A stretch of DNA of 64,000 nt from Longimicrobiales bacterium. GTDB taxonomy: Bacteria > Gemmatimonadota > Gemmatimonadetes > Longimicrobiales > Gaopeijiaceae. The notes beneath the pieces are model-generated. The model saw only the letters and a program-made list of their open reading frames with translations, was not told the DNA's origin and did not search any database. The stretch is taken from contig OZ220732.1 of NCBI GenBank assembly GCA_965116905.1, forward strand, positions 832,001 to 896,000. Reading direction: 5' to 3'. Shown here in pieces: positions 8,544 through 17,468 of this stretch (position 1 is its first letter; each line of letters starts with the position of its first letter). A program made the position numbers and the translations under genes.

Positions 8544-10316
8544 ATGCCCACACACGACACGCTGCTCGGCCGAATCCTCCTGGAAAGGGGGGCGCTGACC
8601 GCCTCGGTGCTCCGCGATGCCGAAGAGGACCGGGACCGCTCTGGCCGGCGGCTGGACGAGGTTCTCCTGCGCCGGGGTGTTGTGGACGAGGCGCAGGTGG
8701 CCCAGGCGTTGGCAGCGATGCTCAACCTCAGCTTCGTGGCGCCGCCGCTACGGCCGGATCCGGATGCGCTGGCCCGCGTGCAGCCGGCGGTGGCGCGCCG
8801 CAAGGGCGTCCTGCCCCTGGCCGTCGAGGGACGACGGCTCACCGTTGCGATGGCCAATCCCCTCGACACGGACGCCGTCGACGACCTCCGCTTTCAAACC
8901 GGGTGCCACGTAGAGGCGGTGGCCGCGCCGCGCTCGGCCGTCGTTCAGGGCGTGCTCGACGCGTACGGCGGCGAGCTCCCGGAGCTCCTCGAAAGCCTTG
9001 GGCGGCCAAGACGCCACGACGAGGGAAGCAGTCTGAAGGATCTGGAAGAAGAGGCCGGCGCGGCCCCGATCGTGAAGATCGTGGATCACCTCCTGCTCAG
9101 TGCCATCGACAGGCGCGCGAGCGACATTCACCTGGAAACACACGGCGCGGGTTCCAGGATCCGGTTTCGGATCGACGGAGTGCTGCACACGGCGACGGAA
9201 CTGCCGCCGGGAAGCCATCGGGCGGCCATCTCCCGCGTCAAGGTCATGGCCGGGCTGGACATCTCGATCCGGCGGCGCCCCCAGGACGGCGGATTCACGG
9301 TCAGGAAGCGGAACACCAAGCTCACGGTGCGCGTGTCCACCATCCCCACGCTGGGTGGCGAAAAGGCCGTACTGCGCGTGCTGGATCCGGGCGACGCGCC
9401 GCGCGACCTGTCGTTCCTCGGGATGGCCGCGCACGACCTGGACCGCCTTCGCCACCTGCTCAAGCGCCGCCAGGGAGTCCTGCTGGCGTCGGGACCCACC
9501 GGAAGCGGCAAGACTACGACACTTTCGGCCGCGGTGGCCGAGCTCGCCGCCCGAAAACTCAACATCGTGACGCTGGAGGACCCGGTCGAGTACAGGTTCG
9601 CCGGCGTCGCGCAGATGGAAATCGACCAGAAGGCGGGCGTCGACTTCCCCTCCGGGCTCCGCGCCATCCTGCGCCAGGATCCCGACGTGATTCTCGTCGG
9701 CGAGGTGCGCGACCGCGAGACCGCCGAAATCGCGATGTCGGCGGCCGTGACGGGCCACCTGGTGCTCACGACGATCCACACCGTGGACGCCCCGAGCGCC
9801 ATCACGCGGCTGCTCGAGATGGGCGTGCCGCCCTTCCTCGTGGCCGGAGGGCTCGCCGGGGTTGTCGCCCAGCGCCTGATCCGCCGCGTGTGCTCGCGAT
9901 GCGACGGCCGCGGGGGCGAATGCACCATGTGCAACGGCGGCTACCGCGGCCGCAGCGGCGTGTTCGAGGTGCTGGCCGTAGATGACGAGATCCGCGCCGC
10001 AATCAACGCCGGCGCCGCCATCACCTCGCTGCGCCACCTCGCCCGGCGAAACGGCATGGTCTCCATGGCGCGCGACGCAATGCGCCAGGTCGCCGAGGGC
10101 GTCACCACGCCGCACGAAGCGGGTCAGATCATCGCGCTTACCCAGGGTGCGACAGTCCACTGCACAAACTGCGACGCTGCGCTGCCGCCCGCGGCAGTCG
10201 GATGCACCATGTGCGGGCGTCCTCGCGCACAAGCCTGCGCCTGCGGGGAAGCCCTCGACCCGCGCTGGAGGTACTGTCCCGCATGCCAGCGCCCGGCTGC
10301 GCCGGTGCGCGGCTAG
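8544..10316 (+). CDS. GspE/PulE/PilB family secretion/pilus ATPase with N-terminal MshEN-like and C-terminal double zinc ribbon domains
   Basis: Walker A GPTGSGKT, TLEDPVE, LRQDPDVILVGEVRD, TGHLVLTTIH; C-terminal CTNC..CTMC..CACG..CPAC. Confidence 0.92.
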   Translation: MPTHDTLLGRILLERGALTASVLRDAEEDRDRSGRRLDEVLLRRGVVDEAQVAQALAAMLNLSFVAPPLRPDPDALARVQPAVARRKGVLPLAVEGRRLTVAMANPLDTDAVDDLRFQTGCHVEAVAAPRSAVVQGVLDAYGGELPELLESLGRPRRHDEGSSLKDLEEEAGAAPIVKIVDHLLLSAIDRRASDIHLETHGAGSRIRFRIDGVLHTATELPPGSHRAAISRVKVMAGLDISIRRRPQDGGFTVRKRNTKLTVRVSTIPTLGGEKAVLRVLDPGDAPRDLSFLGMAAHDLDRLRHLLKRRQGVLLASGPTGSGKTTTLSAAVAELAARKLNIVTLEDPVEYRFAGVAQMEIDQKAGVDFPSGLRAILRQDPDVILVGEVRDRETAEIAMSAAVTGHLVLTTIHTVDAPSAITRLLEMGVPPFLVAGGLAGVVAQRLIRRVCSRCDGRGGECTMCNGGYRGRSGVFEVLAVDDEIRAAINAGAAITSLRHLARRNGMVSMARDAMRQVAEGVTTPHEAGQIIALTQGATVHCTNCDAALPPAAVGCTMCGRPRAQACACGEALDPRWRYCPACQRPAAPVRG

Positions 10317-10354
10317 AGCGCGTCGGCTGCCAGCAGGCCGTAGCGCCTCGGCTG

Positions 10355-11461
10355 CTAGGCCTCGAACACCTGCTTGCGCGTCGTCAGCGATTCGATTCGG
10401 TCTGTCCGCGGACGTACGCCGATCCCGGGCCCCTCTGGGACGGGCATCATGCCGTCGACCATCTCGAATTCAGGCGTGACGAGGTCCTCGGCCCAATACC
10501 GGCGCGAGTTCGATATGTCCCCGGGAAGCGTGAAGCCGGGCAGCGTTGCAAGTGCGACATTATGGGCGCGCCCAATCCCCGATTCCAGCATTCCACCGCA
10601 CCAGACGGGCCATCCGGCCGCCTTGCACACGTCGTGTATCGCCACGGACGACTTGAGGCCGCCAACGCGCCCCGGCTTGATATTGATGATGCGTCCGGAC
10701 CCGAGGTGAAGAGCAAGGCGTGCATCATCCGCGGAGCGGATCGACTCGTCCAGACAAACCGGCGTGGAGATGTGCTTTTGCAATGCCGCGTGTTCGAGCA
10801 GATCCTCGTGCGAAAGCGGTTGCTCGATCATCATCAGATCATAGTCGTCCATGGCGGCCAGACGATCCAGGTCGTGTTCCAGCGAGTATGCGGAGTTGGC
10901 ATCGGACATGATCGGCACGTCGGGAAAGTGCTCACGGACGACTCGCAGCATCTCGACATCGCGCCCGGGCTTGATCTTGATCTTGATCTTCCGATAGCCC
11001 TCGCGCTTGTATCCCGCAACCTTGTCCAACAGCTCCCGGTCGGTCTTCTGAATGCCTATCGAAACACCCACCGGCACCGCGTCGACGGTTCCGCCCAACA
11101 ACTCCGCCAGGGACACGTTCCGGCGTTTTGCTTCAAGGTCCCAGCCCGCCATCTCCACAGCGGCCCTGGCCATGGGATGGCCGCGCAGCCACGGCACAAT
11201 CTCCAAGTGCCGGGCATCGTCGAACTCGGTGCCCACCAGCGCCGGCAGCAGCCACCGTGTCAGGACATGCCACGCCGTCTCCGTGGTCTCGTAGGTATAC
11301 CCCGGCGTGTCCCCCGTCACGCACTCCGACCAGGCCTCGATGCCGCCGGATTCCAATGTCAACAGGAGGATGCGCCGCGCTTGCGTGCCGCCACTGCTGA
11401 TTTCGAAGAATTCACGCAGTTCGAGAGGCACTTCGCGCAAGACCGCCCGGTCGATTCTCAT
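10355..11461 (-). CDS. menC: o-succinylbenzoate synthase / N-succinylamino acid racemase (enolase superfamily)
   Basis: KIKIKPGRD, DANSAY, IEQPL, CLDESI, INIKPGRVGG, WCGGMLESGIGRA, LPGDIS: NSAR/OSBS subfamily signature. Confidence 0.88.
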   Translation of the reverse strand: MRIDRAVLREVPLELREFFEISSGGTQARRILLLTLESGGIEAWSECVTGDTPGYTYETTETAWHVLTRWLLPALVGTEFDDARHLEIVPWLRGHPMARAAVEMAGWDLEAKRRNVSLAELLGGTVDAVPVGVSIGIQKTDRELLDKVAGYKREGYRKIKIKIKPGRDVEMLRVVREHFPDVPIMSDANSAYSLEHDLDRLAAMDDYDLMMIEQPLSHEDLLEHAALQKHISTPVCLDESIRSADDARLALHLGSGRIINIKPGRVGGLKSSVAIHDVCKAAGWPVWCGGMLESGIGRAHNVALATLPGFTLPGDISNSRRYWAEDLVTPEFEMVDGMMPVPEGPGIGVRPRTDRIESLTTRKQVFEA

Positions 11462-11488
11462 GCGCTTGTCGTTCTCATGCGCTTGTCG
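11455..11488. repeat. 17-bp direct repeat x2 (TTCTCATGCGCTTGTCG) duplicating the menC start codon region
   Basis: Exact copies at 11455 and 11472. Confidence 0.92.
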
Positions 11489-11542
11489 ATTGTTGTCCGC
11501 CGAACGCCCTAAAGCGATCGGCACGCTGTCGGGGACAGAACC

Positions 11543-12013
11543 CTATTCGTCCCCGCCGCTCGACTCGGCGCTGGCGTCGCCGGCTGCCCGCGCGGCGGCC
11601 TCGGCCTTGAGGCGATCGCGCCTGCGCACGGAATGAAGACCGGTCAACAACGAGGTCTTCGACTTGGACCGCACACCGCCCTGGACCAGCGCATCCCGGA
11701 TCTGCGGCACGGTGTAACCGTCACCATAGATCGAGATGAACTTGCGATAGGCAAACGTTGGCCCCATGCCCTTGAAGGTTCCGGCCGGCACATCCGGGTG
11801 GCCCGCACCGGCACTCTGGCGCCGCTTTCTCCGCTTACGGACGGGTGCGCGCTTTGGTGCTGCCCTGCTTGCCGGCTTCCGGTCGACTCCGAGCAGTGTC
11901 TTGAGGCCGGCGATCGTGTTGCGAAGCGCCTCGCCGCGCTTCTCGTGGTTGGCCAACTCCGCCTCGGCCTGTTTGAGCGCCATGCGGTAGTCGTTCCGTG
12001 TTCTTGCATCCAT
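11543..12013 (-). CDS. small basic protein: N-terminal coiled coil, K/R-rich linker, putative winged-helix C-terminal domain
   Basis: 156 aa from ATG 12013 with GAAGGAG RBS; heptad pattern in residues 9-41; KRAPVRKRRKRR linker; fold call is inference. Confidence 0.75.
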   Translation of the reverse strand: MDARTRNDYRMALKQAEAELANHEKRGEALRNTIAGLKTLLGVDRKPASRAAPKRAPVRKRRKRRQSAGAGHPDVPAGTFKGMGPTFAYRKFISIYGDGYTVPQIRDALVQGGVRSKSKTSLLTGLHSVRRRDRLKAEAAARAAGDASAESSGGDE

Positions 12014-12095
12014 TAACCAGTGTGCTCCTTCGGGTTGTGTGGAGTTCGCACCGATACCGTGTCCACCCTGTCGGGGAACCCTTTGTGGGAAGCGG

Positions 12096-12124
12096 ATTAT
12101 AGGACTTTGTACGGTGAAGCACAA
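12096..12124 (-). promoter_or_regulatory. putative sigma-70 promoter TTGTGC-N17-TATAAT for the small basic protein
   Basis: Perfect -10 (12101-12096) with 17-bp spacer to TTGTGC (12124-12119) in an AT-richer intergenic region. Confidence 0.65.
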
Positions 12125-12156
12125 TGCCAGGCTTTTCCGTTCCGGCTCCGTGTCGC

Positions 12157-13302
12157 TTATATGGACTCAAAAAGCGCAGCCATCAGACCGATCCTGCGCG
12201 GCACGTCCTCGAGAAGGATGTGCTCCCAGAGTGTGTGGGCGCCACCGCCGTCGGGCCCCAGGCCGTCCAGCGTGGGACACCCGGCTGCCGCCGTGATGTT
12301 GCCGTCACTGCCGCCGCCGGTCGCCTTTTCGCCGATCTCGAAGCCCAGTTGTGCCGCCAGCCGACGAGCCGTTGCGAACATCCTGCCGGATGCCTCGGTC
12401 TTTTCCAGCGGTCCCCGGTTCACACCGCCTTCAAGATGCAACGTGCACACCGGGTCAACCGGCCTGAGCGCGCGCAAGGCTGCATGCACTCGTTCGGCCT
12501 CGACGGCTGTCCAGAAACGGACGTCCACCGTGCAGCGCGCCGACGACGCCACCACGTTTTCGGCGGTGCCGCCTTCGACAACCCCGATGTTGATCGTGGT
12601 GCCTGCACCGGGATCGGCCAGTTCAAGGATTCGGCCAATTTGCCGCGCGATCTCGTGAATCGCGCTGGCCCCGGCCTCGGGCTCGATCCCCGCGTGCGCC
12701 GGCGTGCCCTCGACCGCGAGTTCGTACGCGCTTACACCCTTGCGCCGGCTCTTCACCGCGCCTCCCGGCGCCGATGGTTCCAGCACTAGCGCGGCGCGCG
12801 ACGCCCTCGCCTGGGCTTCGATCGTCTCCCATGAGCGAGGCGAGCCCCTCTCCTCGTCGCATGTGATAAGCACGGACAGGTCCGACGCGGGCTTGCGGCC
12901 CTTCGCCGCCAGCAGCCGGAGGGCGACGATCGCGACCGCAAGCCCTCCCTTCATGTCGTAGATGCCGGGGCCGGTCACCTTCCCCCCGGCTTCCGCGAAG
13001 GGGTTCCGTTCCAGCGTGCCCACCGGATGAACGGTGTCCATGTGCCCCAGAATCAGCAGAGGAGGGCCGTTCCGCTGCGCGCCCGAAATGCGCGCCAGCA
13101 GATGCTCGCCATAGCCGGGAGCGGGTATGCGCTCCACGTGACCGCCGACGGCTGCGAGCGCTTCGGTCAGCAGATCGGCGGCGGCAAGGTTCGCCGCAAC
13201 GTCGCCGGTGGGCGACTCGATCTCCACCAGGGTGCGCAGGAACTCAAGGCACTCTCCCGTCCGCGCCTCGGCATCCGCGATTGAAAGCCTGCGTTCGCTC
13301 AT
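12157..13302 (-). CDS. M20 family metallopeptidase (carboxypeptidase G2-like)
   Basis: LVEIESPT, GHMDTVHP, GPGIYDMKGG, CDEERGS, AHAG, GGGSDGN, LDGLGPDGGGAH; ATG 13302 overlaps glcF stop. Confidence 0.9.
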   Translation of the reverse strand: MSERRLSIADAEARTGECLEFLRTLVEIESPTGDVAANLAAADLLTEALAAVGGHVERIPAPGYGEHLLARISGAQRNGPPLLILGHMDTVHPVGTLERNPFAEAGGKVTGPGIYDMKGGLAVAIVALRLLAAKGRKPASDLSVLITCDEERGSPRSWETIEAQARASRAALVLEPSAPGGAVKSRRKGVSAYELAVEGTPAHAGIEPEAGASAIHEIARQIGRILELADPGAGTTINIGVVEGGTAENVVASSARCTVDVRFWTAVEAERVHAALRALRPVDPVCTLHLEGGVNRGPLEKTEASGRMFATARRLAAQLGFEIGEKATGGGSDGNITAAAGCPTLDGLGPDGGGAHTLWEHILLEDVPRRIGLMAALFESI

Positions 13303-14684
13303 CGGCGCGGTCCCGCGTACAGTCGGCGCGGCCCCCCGTACAGTCCCCCGCGGCGATAGCTCTCGTCGACCAGTTCGACCAGGTGCAGCACGGGGATTCT
13401 CGCCCCGGCCAGCGCAAGTCCGGCCCCAATCTGCATCATGCATCCCGGGTTGCCTGTGACCAGCGCCGCGGCGCCCGTCGCGAGCACGTTTCGAACCTTG
13501 TCGGTCCCGATCCAGCCCCCGAGACGCGGGTTGGTCAGCCCGTAGATCCCCGCACCGCCGCAACACTCGGCCGCGCCGGGCAACGGAACGACCTCGAGGC
13601 CCGGGATCGAATCGAGCACGCGGGCGGGCGGATCCGCGACCCCCTGCGCGTGCAGAAGGTGGCACGGTGCGTCGTAGGTGACCTTGACGGGCACGGTGCC
13701 GCCCGGAAGCGGGCCGCGCTCGGCGAGCAACTGGGAGATGTCCCGTACCCTGTCGGCCAGCGCCCGCCCGCGCGCGGCCATCTCCTCGTCGTCGGCCAGC
13801 AGGGACCCGTAGTCGGCCATCGCGGCTCCGCACCCGGATGCGTTCATGGCCACGATGTCGATGCCCGCCGCTTCGAATGCCTCCACGTTGCGCCGCGCCA
13901 TGGCCCGCGCGGCCTCGAGATCGCCGCCGTGGGCGTGGAGGGCCCCGCAACACCCCTGGTTCGGCACGCTGACCACCCGGTATCCGTTGGCTTGCAGCAC
14001 GCGCGCGGTGGCCTGGTTCACGCGAGCAAACAGCCCGGCCTGGACGCACCCGGCAAGCACCCCGACGGTCGGACGGCCCTCCGGGCGGCTCGGCCGGGTC
14101 TCCTCCGGGCGGGTCCCCTCGGAACGGCTCGGCCGGGTCCCCTCCGGCCCGCTCTCCGCACGACCGGGCAGCGGGGGCGCGGGGGCCGAGGCCGCGAGCA
14201 TGGCCACAGCCAGCCGGGCCCCCCTTGGAGGCTGGCGACCCGCCAGCATGCGGGTGAGCAGCGCGGGGAGCCCCGTTGCACGCATGACGCGGCCCAGGAA
14301 CATTGCCGGCCGCGCCATCCACGCCGTGCCGAATACGCGCAGGAGCGCCCGGGTGAGCGCCGAAGGCCGGCGGGCGTCGATGCCCACGTGCCGCGCGAGC
14401 TCGAGGAGGTGCCCGTATTCGACCCCCGAAGGGCACACGGGCTCGCACGCGCGACAGCCCAGGCAGCGTCCGATGTGGGTCTGAAATGCCTCCGCGCCCG
14501 GATCCAGCCGGCCCTCGACCACCGCCTGCATCAGGTACAGCCGGCCGCGCGGCGAATCGGCTTCGTCGCCCAGACGCCGATAGGTCGGGCAGGCCGGAAG
14601 ACAGAAACCGCAGTGGACGCAGTTGAGCAGCCCCTGCTCCTGCTCACGGACCGCGCTGGCCAGCGAGTCGACGGGCTTGCTCAC
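13299..14684 (-). CDS. glcF: glycolate oxidase iron-sulfur subunit
   Basis: CVHCGFCLPACPTY, CLGCRACEPVCPSGVEY, two CCG domains, NPGCMMQI. Confidence 0.9.
   Translation of the reverse strand: MSKPVDSLASAVREQEQGLLNCVHCGFCLPACPTYRRLGDEADSPRGRLYLMQAVVEGRLDPGAEAFQTHIGRCLGCRACEPVCPSGVEYGHLLELARHVGIDARRPSALTRALLRVFGTAWMARPAMFLGRVMRATGLPALLTRMLAGRQPPRGARLAVAMLAASAPAPPLPGRAESGPEGTRPSRSEGTRPEETRPSRPEGRPTVGVLAGCVQAGLFARVNQATARVLQANGYRVVSVPNQGCCGALHAHGGDLEAARAMARRNVEAFEAAGIDIVAMNASGCGAAMADYGSLLADDEEMAARGRALADRVRDISQLLAERGPLPGGTVPVKVTYDAPCHLLHAQGVADPPARVLDSIPGLEVVPLPGAAECCGGAGIYGLTNPRLGGWIGTDKVRNVLATGAAALVTGNPGCMMQIGAGLALAGARIPVLHLVELVDESYRRGGLYGGPRRLYAGPRR
13302..13343. repeat. 21-bp near-perfect tandem repeat x2 at the glcF C-terminus (LYGGPRR LYAGPRR)
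   Basis: Units at 13302 and 13323. Confidence 0.85.
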
Positions 14685-16024
14685 GGACACCGCGCTGCAA
14701 GTACCGAGGCCGGATCGAACAGCTCCTTGATCCGTCCACCGAGTCTCCGTCCACCGAGTCCGCCGTCACTCCCCCGCCCCCCCGTCCACCCCACCCGAGC
14801 GGCGACCTCCCCGGGCGCCTGGCTCAGTGTCATCGACCCACCCGCTTCCTCCACCTCCGCACGCATCCGCGACAGCTCGCCCACGGTGGCCACTTCCCGG
14901 GCCGCGTCCGGCGACGCCTTCACGCGCACGACCCCCCGCAGCGCATCGGCGGCGACCTCCCCGCCCAGCGCGCCCGCCAGCGCTTTCGCGCGGCCGAACA
15001 TGTCCGCCAGCCGGTCCGGCAGCGCCGCCAGGCGCACGACCAGGGCGCTCCCCTCCTCCCACGCGGCGCGATCCCCGTGCAGGGCGGCGCTGTCGTCACC
15101 ATGCACGGTCCGCCGGGGCTTCGCTTCGACGGTGTCGATCAGTCGGGACCGCACCTCCTCCACCTCGCCCCCGCTTCCCAAAAGGCGCACGGTGCACACC
15201 GCGTCCGTGTCCCCGCTTCCGGACTCCAGCTCGACCGCCGCGACCGGCAACGGGCTCTCGCACACGGTCCGCGCCAGCGCCGTGATCCCGGCCGGCCGGC
15301 CGGCATAGCACAGCGTGACATCGCTTTCGGGACGCGGGAACAGGCGCACCGAAGCGCTCGTGATGATCCCGAGGCTGCCGCGGCTTCCCGTGAAGAGGCG
15401 GACCAGGTCGTACCCGGCCACGTTCTTGACCACCCGGCCGCCGATCCGCAGCACGCGCCCGGCACCCGTGACGACATCGACTCCCAGGACGTTGTCGCGA
15501 ACCGCGCCATAGCGGCCCTGCAGCGCCCCGGAGATCCCGCACGCCACCAGGCCTCCCAGCGTTCCCTGGTCGGCGCCGGGCGCGTCCGCCGGGAGCCATT
15601 GCCCATTGGGCCGCACGAGGTCGTCCAGCTCGGCCAGGCCGATCCCGGCGCCCGCCGTCAGCGTAAGGTCGGCGGGTTCGTAGTGCTCCAGCGCGTCAAG
15701 GCGCGCGCAAGACACGATCACGTCGCCGGGACGGGTCCACCCTCCCGCGCCCAGCCAGCTCCCCAGCCCGGCAGGCAGCAGGCGCGTACCGGATTCGTTG
15801 GCCACGCGGACCAGCGCCGCCGTCTCTTCCACGCTCGCCGGGAAGACGACCGGCGGGTCGTGCGGGCCCCGCGGCCTCCAGCCCGACCCGCCGGGCTGGC
15901 CTCGGGCCCACTCACGCGCGCCCTCGCCCGTCAGGACCCGGTCTTCCGGCAACACCGCCAGCACGGGGGCGGCCCGATCCACGCCGGCGTCAATCACCGC
16001 CGGTACCCGCCGGAAGAATGGCAT
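14681..16024 (-). CDS. glcE: glycolate oxidase FAD-binding subunit
   Basis: EPADLTLTAGAG, GTLGG, GGRVVKNVAGYDL, GSRGSLGII; between glcD and glcF; start may be GTG 15997. Confidence 0.85.
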   Translation of the reverse strand: MPFFRRVPAVIDAGVDRAAPVLAVLPEDRVLTGEGAREWARGQPGGSGWRPRGPHDPPVVFPASVEETAALVRVANESGTRLLPAGLGSWLGAGGWTRPGDVIVSCARLDALEHYEPADLTLTAGAGIGLAELDDLVRPNGQWLPADAPGADQGTLGGLVACGISGALQGRYGAVRDNVLGVDVVTGAGRVLRIGGRVVKNVAGYDLVRLFTGSRGSLGIITSASVRLFPRPESDVTLCYAGRPAGITALARTVCESPLPVAAVELESGSGDTDAVCTVRLLGSGGEVEEVRSRLIDTVEAKPRRTVHGDDSAALHGDRAAWEEGSALVVRLAALPDRLADMFGRAKALAGALGGEVAADALRGVVRVKASPDAAREVATVGELSRMRAEVEEAGGSMTLSQAPGEVAARVGWTGGRGSDGGLGGRRLGGRIKELFDPASVLAARCP

Positions 16025-17459
16025 CCGCTGAACGACCGGCGTCCTCTGAAGGACCGGCGTCCTCCGAACGACCGGTGTCCTCCGGCAGAACCTTGCCCGG
16101 ATTCATCACGCCGCCGGGATCGAACACCCTGCGAACCTGCCACATCGCGTCGAGCTCGTCCGGGCCATAGATGAGCGGCATGTGGTGCTTCTTGTCGAGC
16201 CCGACGCCGTGTTCGCCCGTGATCGTGCCCCCGGAATCGACGCAGAGCTGCATGATCTCCTTCGACGCGCGCTCGACGCGTTCCAGCTCGTGCTCGTCAC
16301 GGCGGTCGAAGAGGATGTTGGGATGAAGGTTGCCGTCGCCGGCGTGGAAGACGTTGGCCACGACGAGGTCGTAGCGCCGTCCGATGTCGGAGATCCCGCG
16401 CAGGATCGACGGCAGCGTGGTGCGCGGCACGGTGGCGTCCTGCACCAGGAGATCGGGCGCGATCCGCCCCATGGCGCCGAACGCCTTCTTCCGACCCTTC
16501 CACAGCGCCAGCCGCTCTTTCTCGTCGCGCGCGGTGCGCACTTCACGGGCACCCGCCCGCGCGCACAATGCCGCCGCCCGCTCGGCGTCCTGGTCCAGCC
16601 CCGCCCTCAGCCCGTCGAACTCGATCACGAGGGCGGCCTCGGCGTCGGTCGGATATCCCGCGGCAAAGACGCTGTCCTCGACGGCGCGGATGGTCGGCCC
16701 GTCGATGATCTCCAGCGCGGCGGGCAGCAGTCCCGCGCTCACGATGTCGGACACGGCCTGCCCCGCGTCATCGATGCGGTCAAAGATGCCGAGCAGCGTG
16801 CGCACGCCTTCGGGCACGGGAAGAAGCCCGACCTCGATCTCGGTCGCGATCCCGAAGCAGCCCTCCGAGCCCACAAACAGGCCCACCAGGTCGTACCCGG
16901 GCGATTCGCGCCCCTGTCCGCCCAGCCTGACGATCGATCCGTCGGCCAGGACGACCGCAAGGCCCGTCACGTAGCGCGAGGTCACCCCGTACTTGAGGCA
17001 GTGCGGCCCGCCCGAGTTTTCGGCCACGTTGCCGCCGATCGTGCACGTCGTCTGCGAGGACGGGTCGGGCGCGTAGTACAGCCCGTGCACCCGTGCCGCG
17101 TCCGAGAGTTCCGCGTTGATCACGCCCGGCTGAAGCACGGCGCGCCGGTTCGGCACATCGATGTCCAGGATCCGGTTCATCCGCGCCGTGCCGATCACGA
17201 CCGCTCCGTCGAGCGCCACCGCTCCGCCCGAAAGTCCGGTCCCCGCGCCCCGCGGCACGATCGGCAACCCACGCTCGGCAACCGCGCGCACGGCCCCCTG
17301 CACCTGGTCGGTGGATCGCGGGAGCACGACCGCGCCCGGGCGGTGCCGGTAGGCGGTCAGCGCGTCCGATTCGTAGACGAGAAGCCGCTCCTCGTCCAGG
17401 ATCACGCCGTCGCTACCGCAGATCTCGACGAGCGACTTTGCGAGGGTGGCTGGGACCAT
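15990..17459 (-). CDS. glcD: glycolate oxidase subunit GlcD (FAD-linked oxidase)
   Basis: PRGAGTGLSGGA, YAPDPSS, ENSGGPHCLKYG, HAGDGNLHP, TITGEHGVG, MNPGK. Confidence 0.92.
   Translation of the reverse strand: MVPATLAKSLVEICGSDGVILDEERLLVYESDALTAYRHRPGAVVLPRSTDQVQGAVRAVAERGLPIVPRGAGTGLSGGAVALDGAVVIGTARMNRILDIDVPNRRAVLQPGVINAELSDAARVHGLYYAPDPSSQTTCTIGGNVAENSGGPHCLKYGVTSRYVTGLAVVLADGSIVRLGGQGRESPGYDLVGLFVGSEGCFGIATEIEVGLLPVPEGVRTLLGIFDRIDDAGQAVSDIVSAGLLPAALEIIDGPTIRAVEDSVFAAGYPTDAEAALVIEFDGLRAGLDQDAERAAALCARAGAREVRTARDEKERLALWKGRKKAFGAMGRIAPDLLVQDATVPRTTLPSILRGISDIGRRYDLVVANVFHAGDGNLHPNILFDRRDEHELERVERASKEIMQLCVDSGGTITGEHGVGLDKKHHMPLIYGPDELDAMWQVRRVFDPGGVMNPGKVLPEDTGRSEDAGPSEDAGRSADAILPAGTGGD
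16030..16083. repeat. 18-bp tandem repeat x3 encoding a C-terminal extension of GlcD (EDTGRS EDAGPS EDAGRS)
   Basis: Units at 16030, 16048, 16066. Confidence 0.9.
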
Positions 17460-17468
17460 TCGGGCAAG

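Noticed and set aside
12115..12129. Possible sigma-54 promoter TGGCAT-N5-TTCA (minus strand)
   Set aside because: Lacks the -12 GC; the overlapping sigma-70 TTGTGC-N17-TATAAT explains the region better.
10320..12160. Slightly AT-richer segment as a possible horizontally acquired island
   Set aside because: Only an impression by eye; no integrase, tRNA, flanking repeats or transposase. It would need a computed GC/codon profile.
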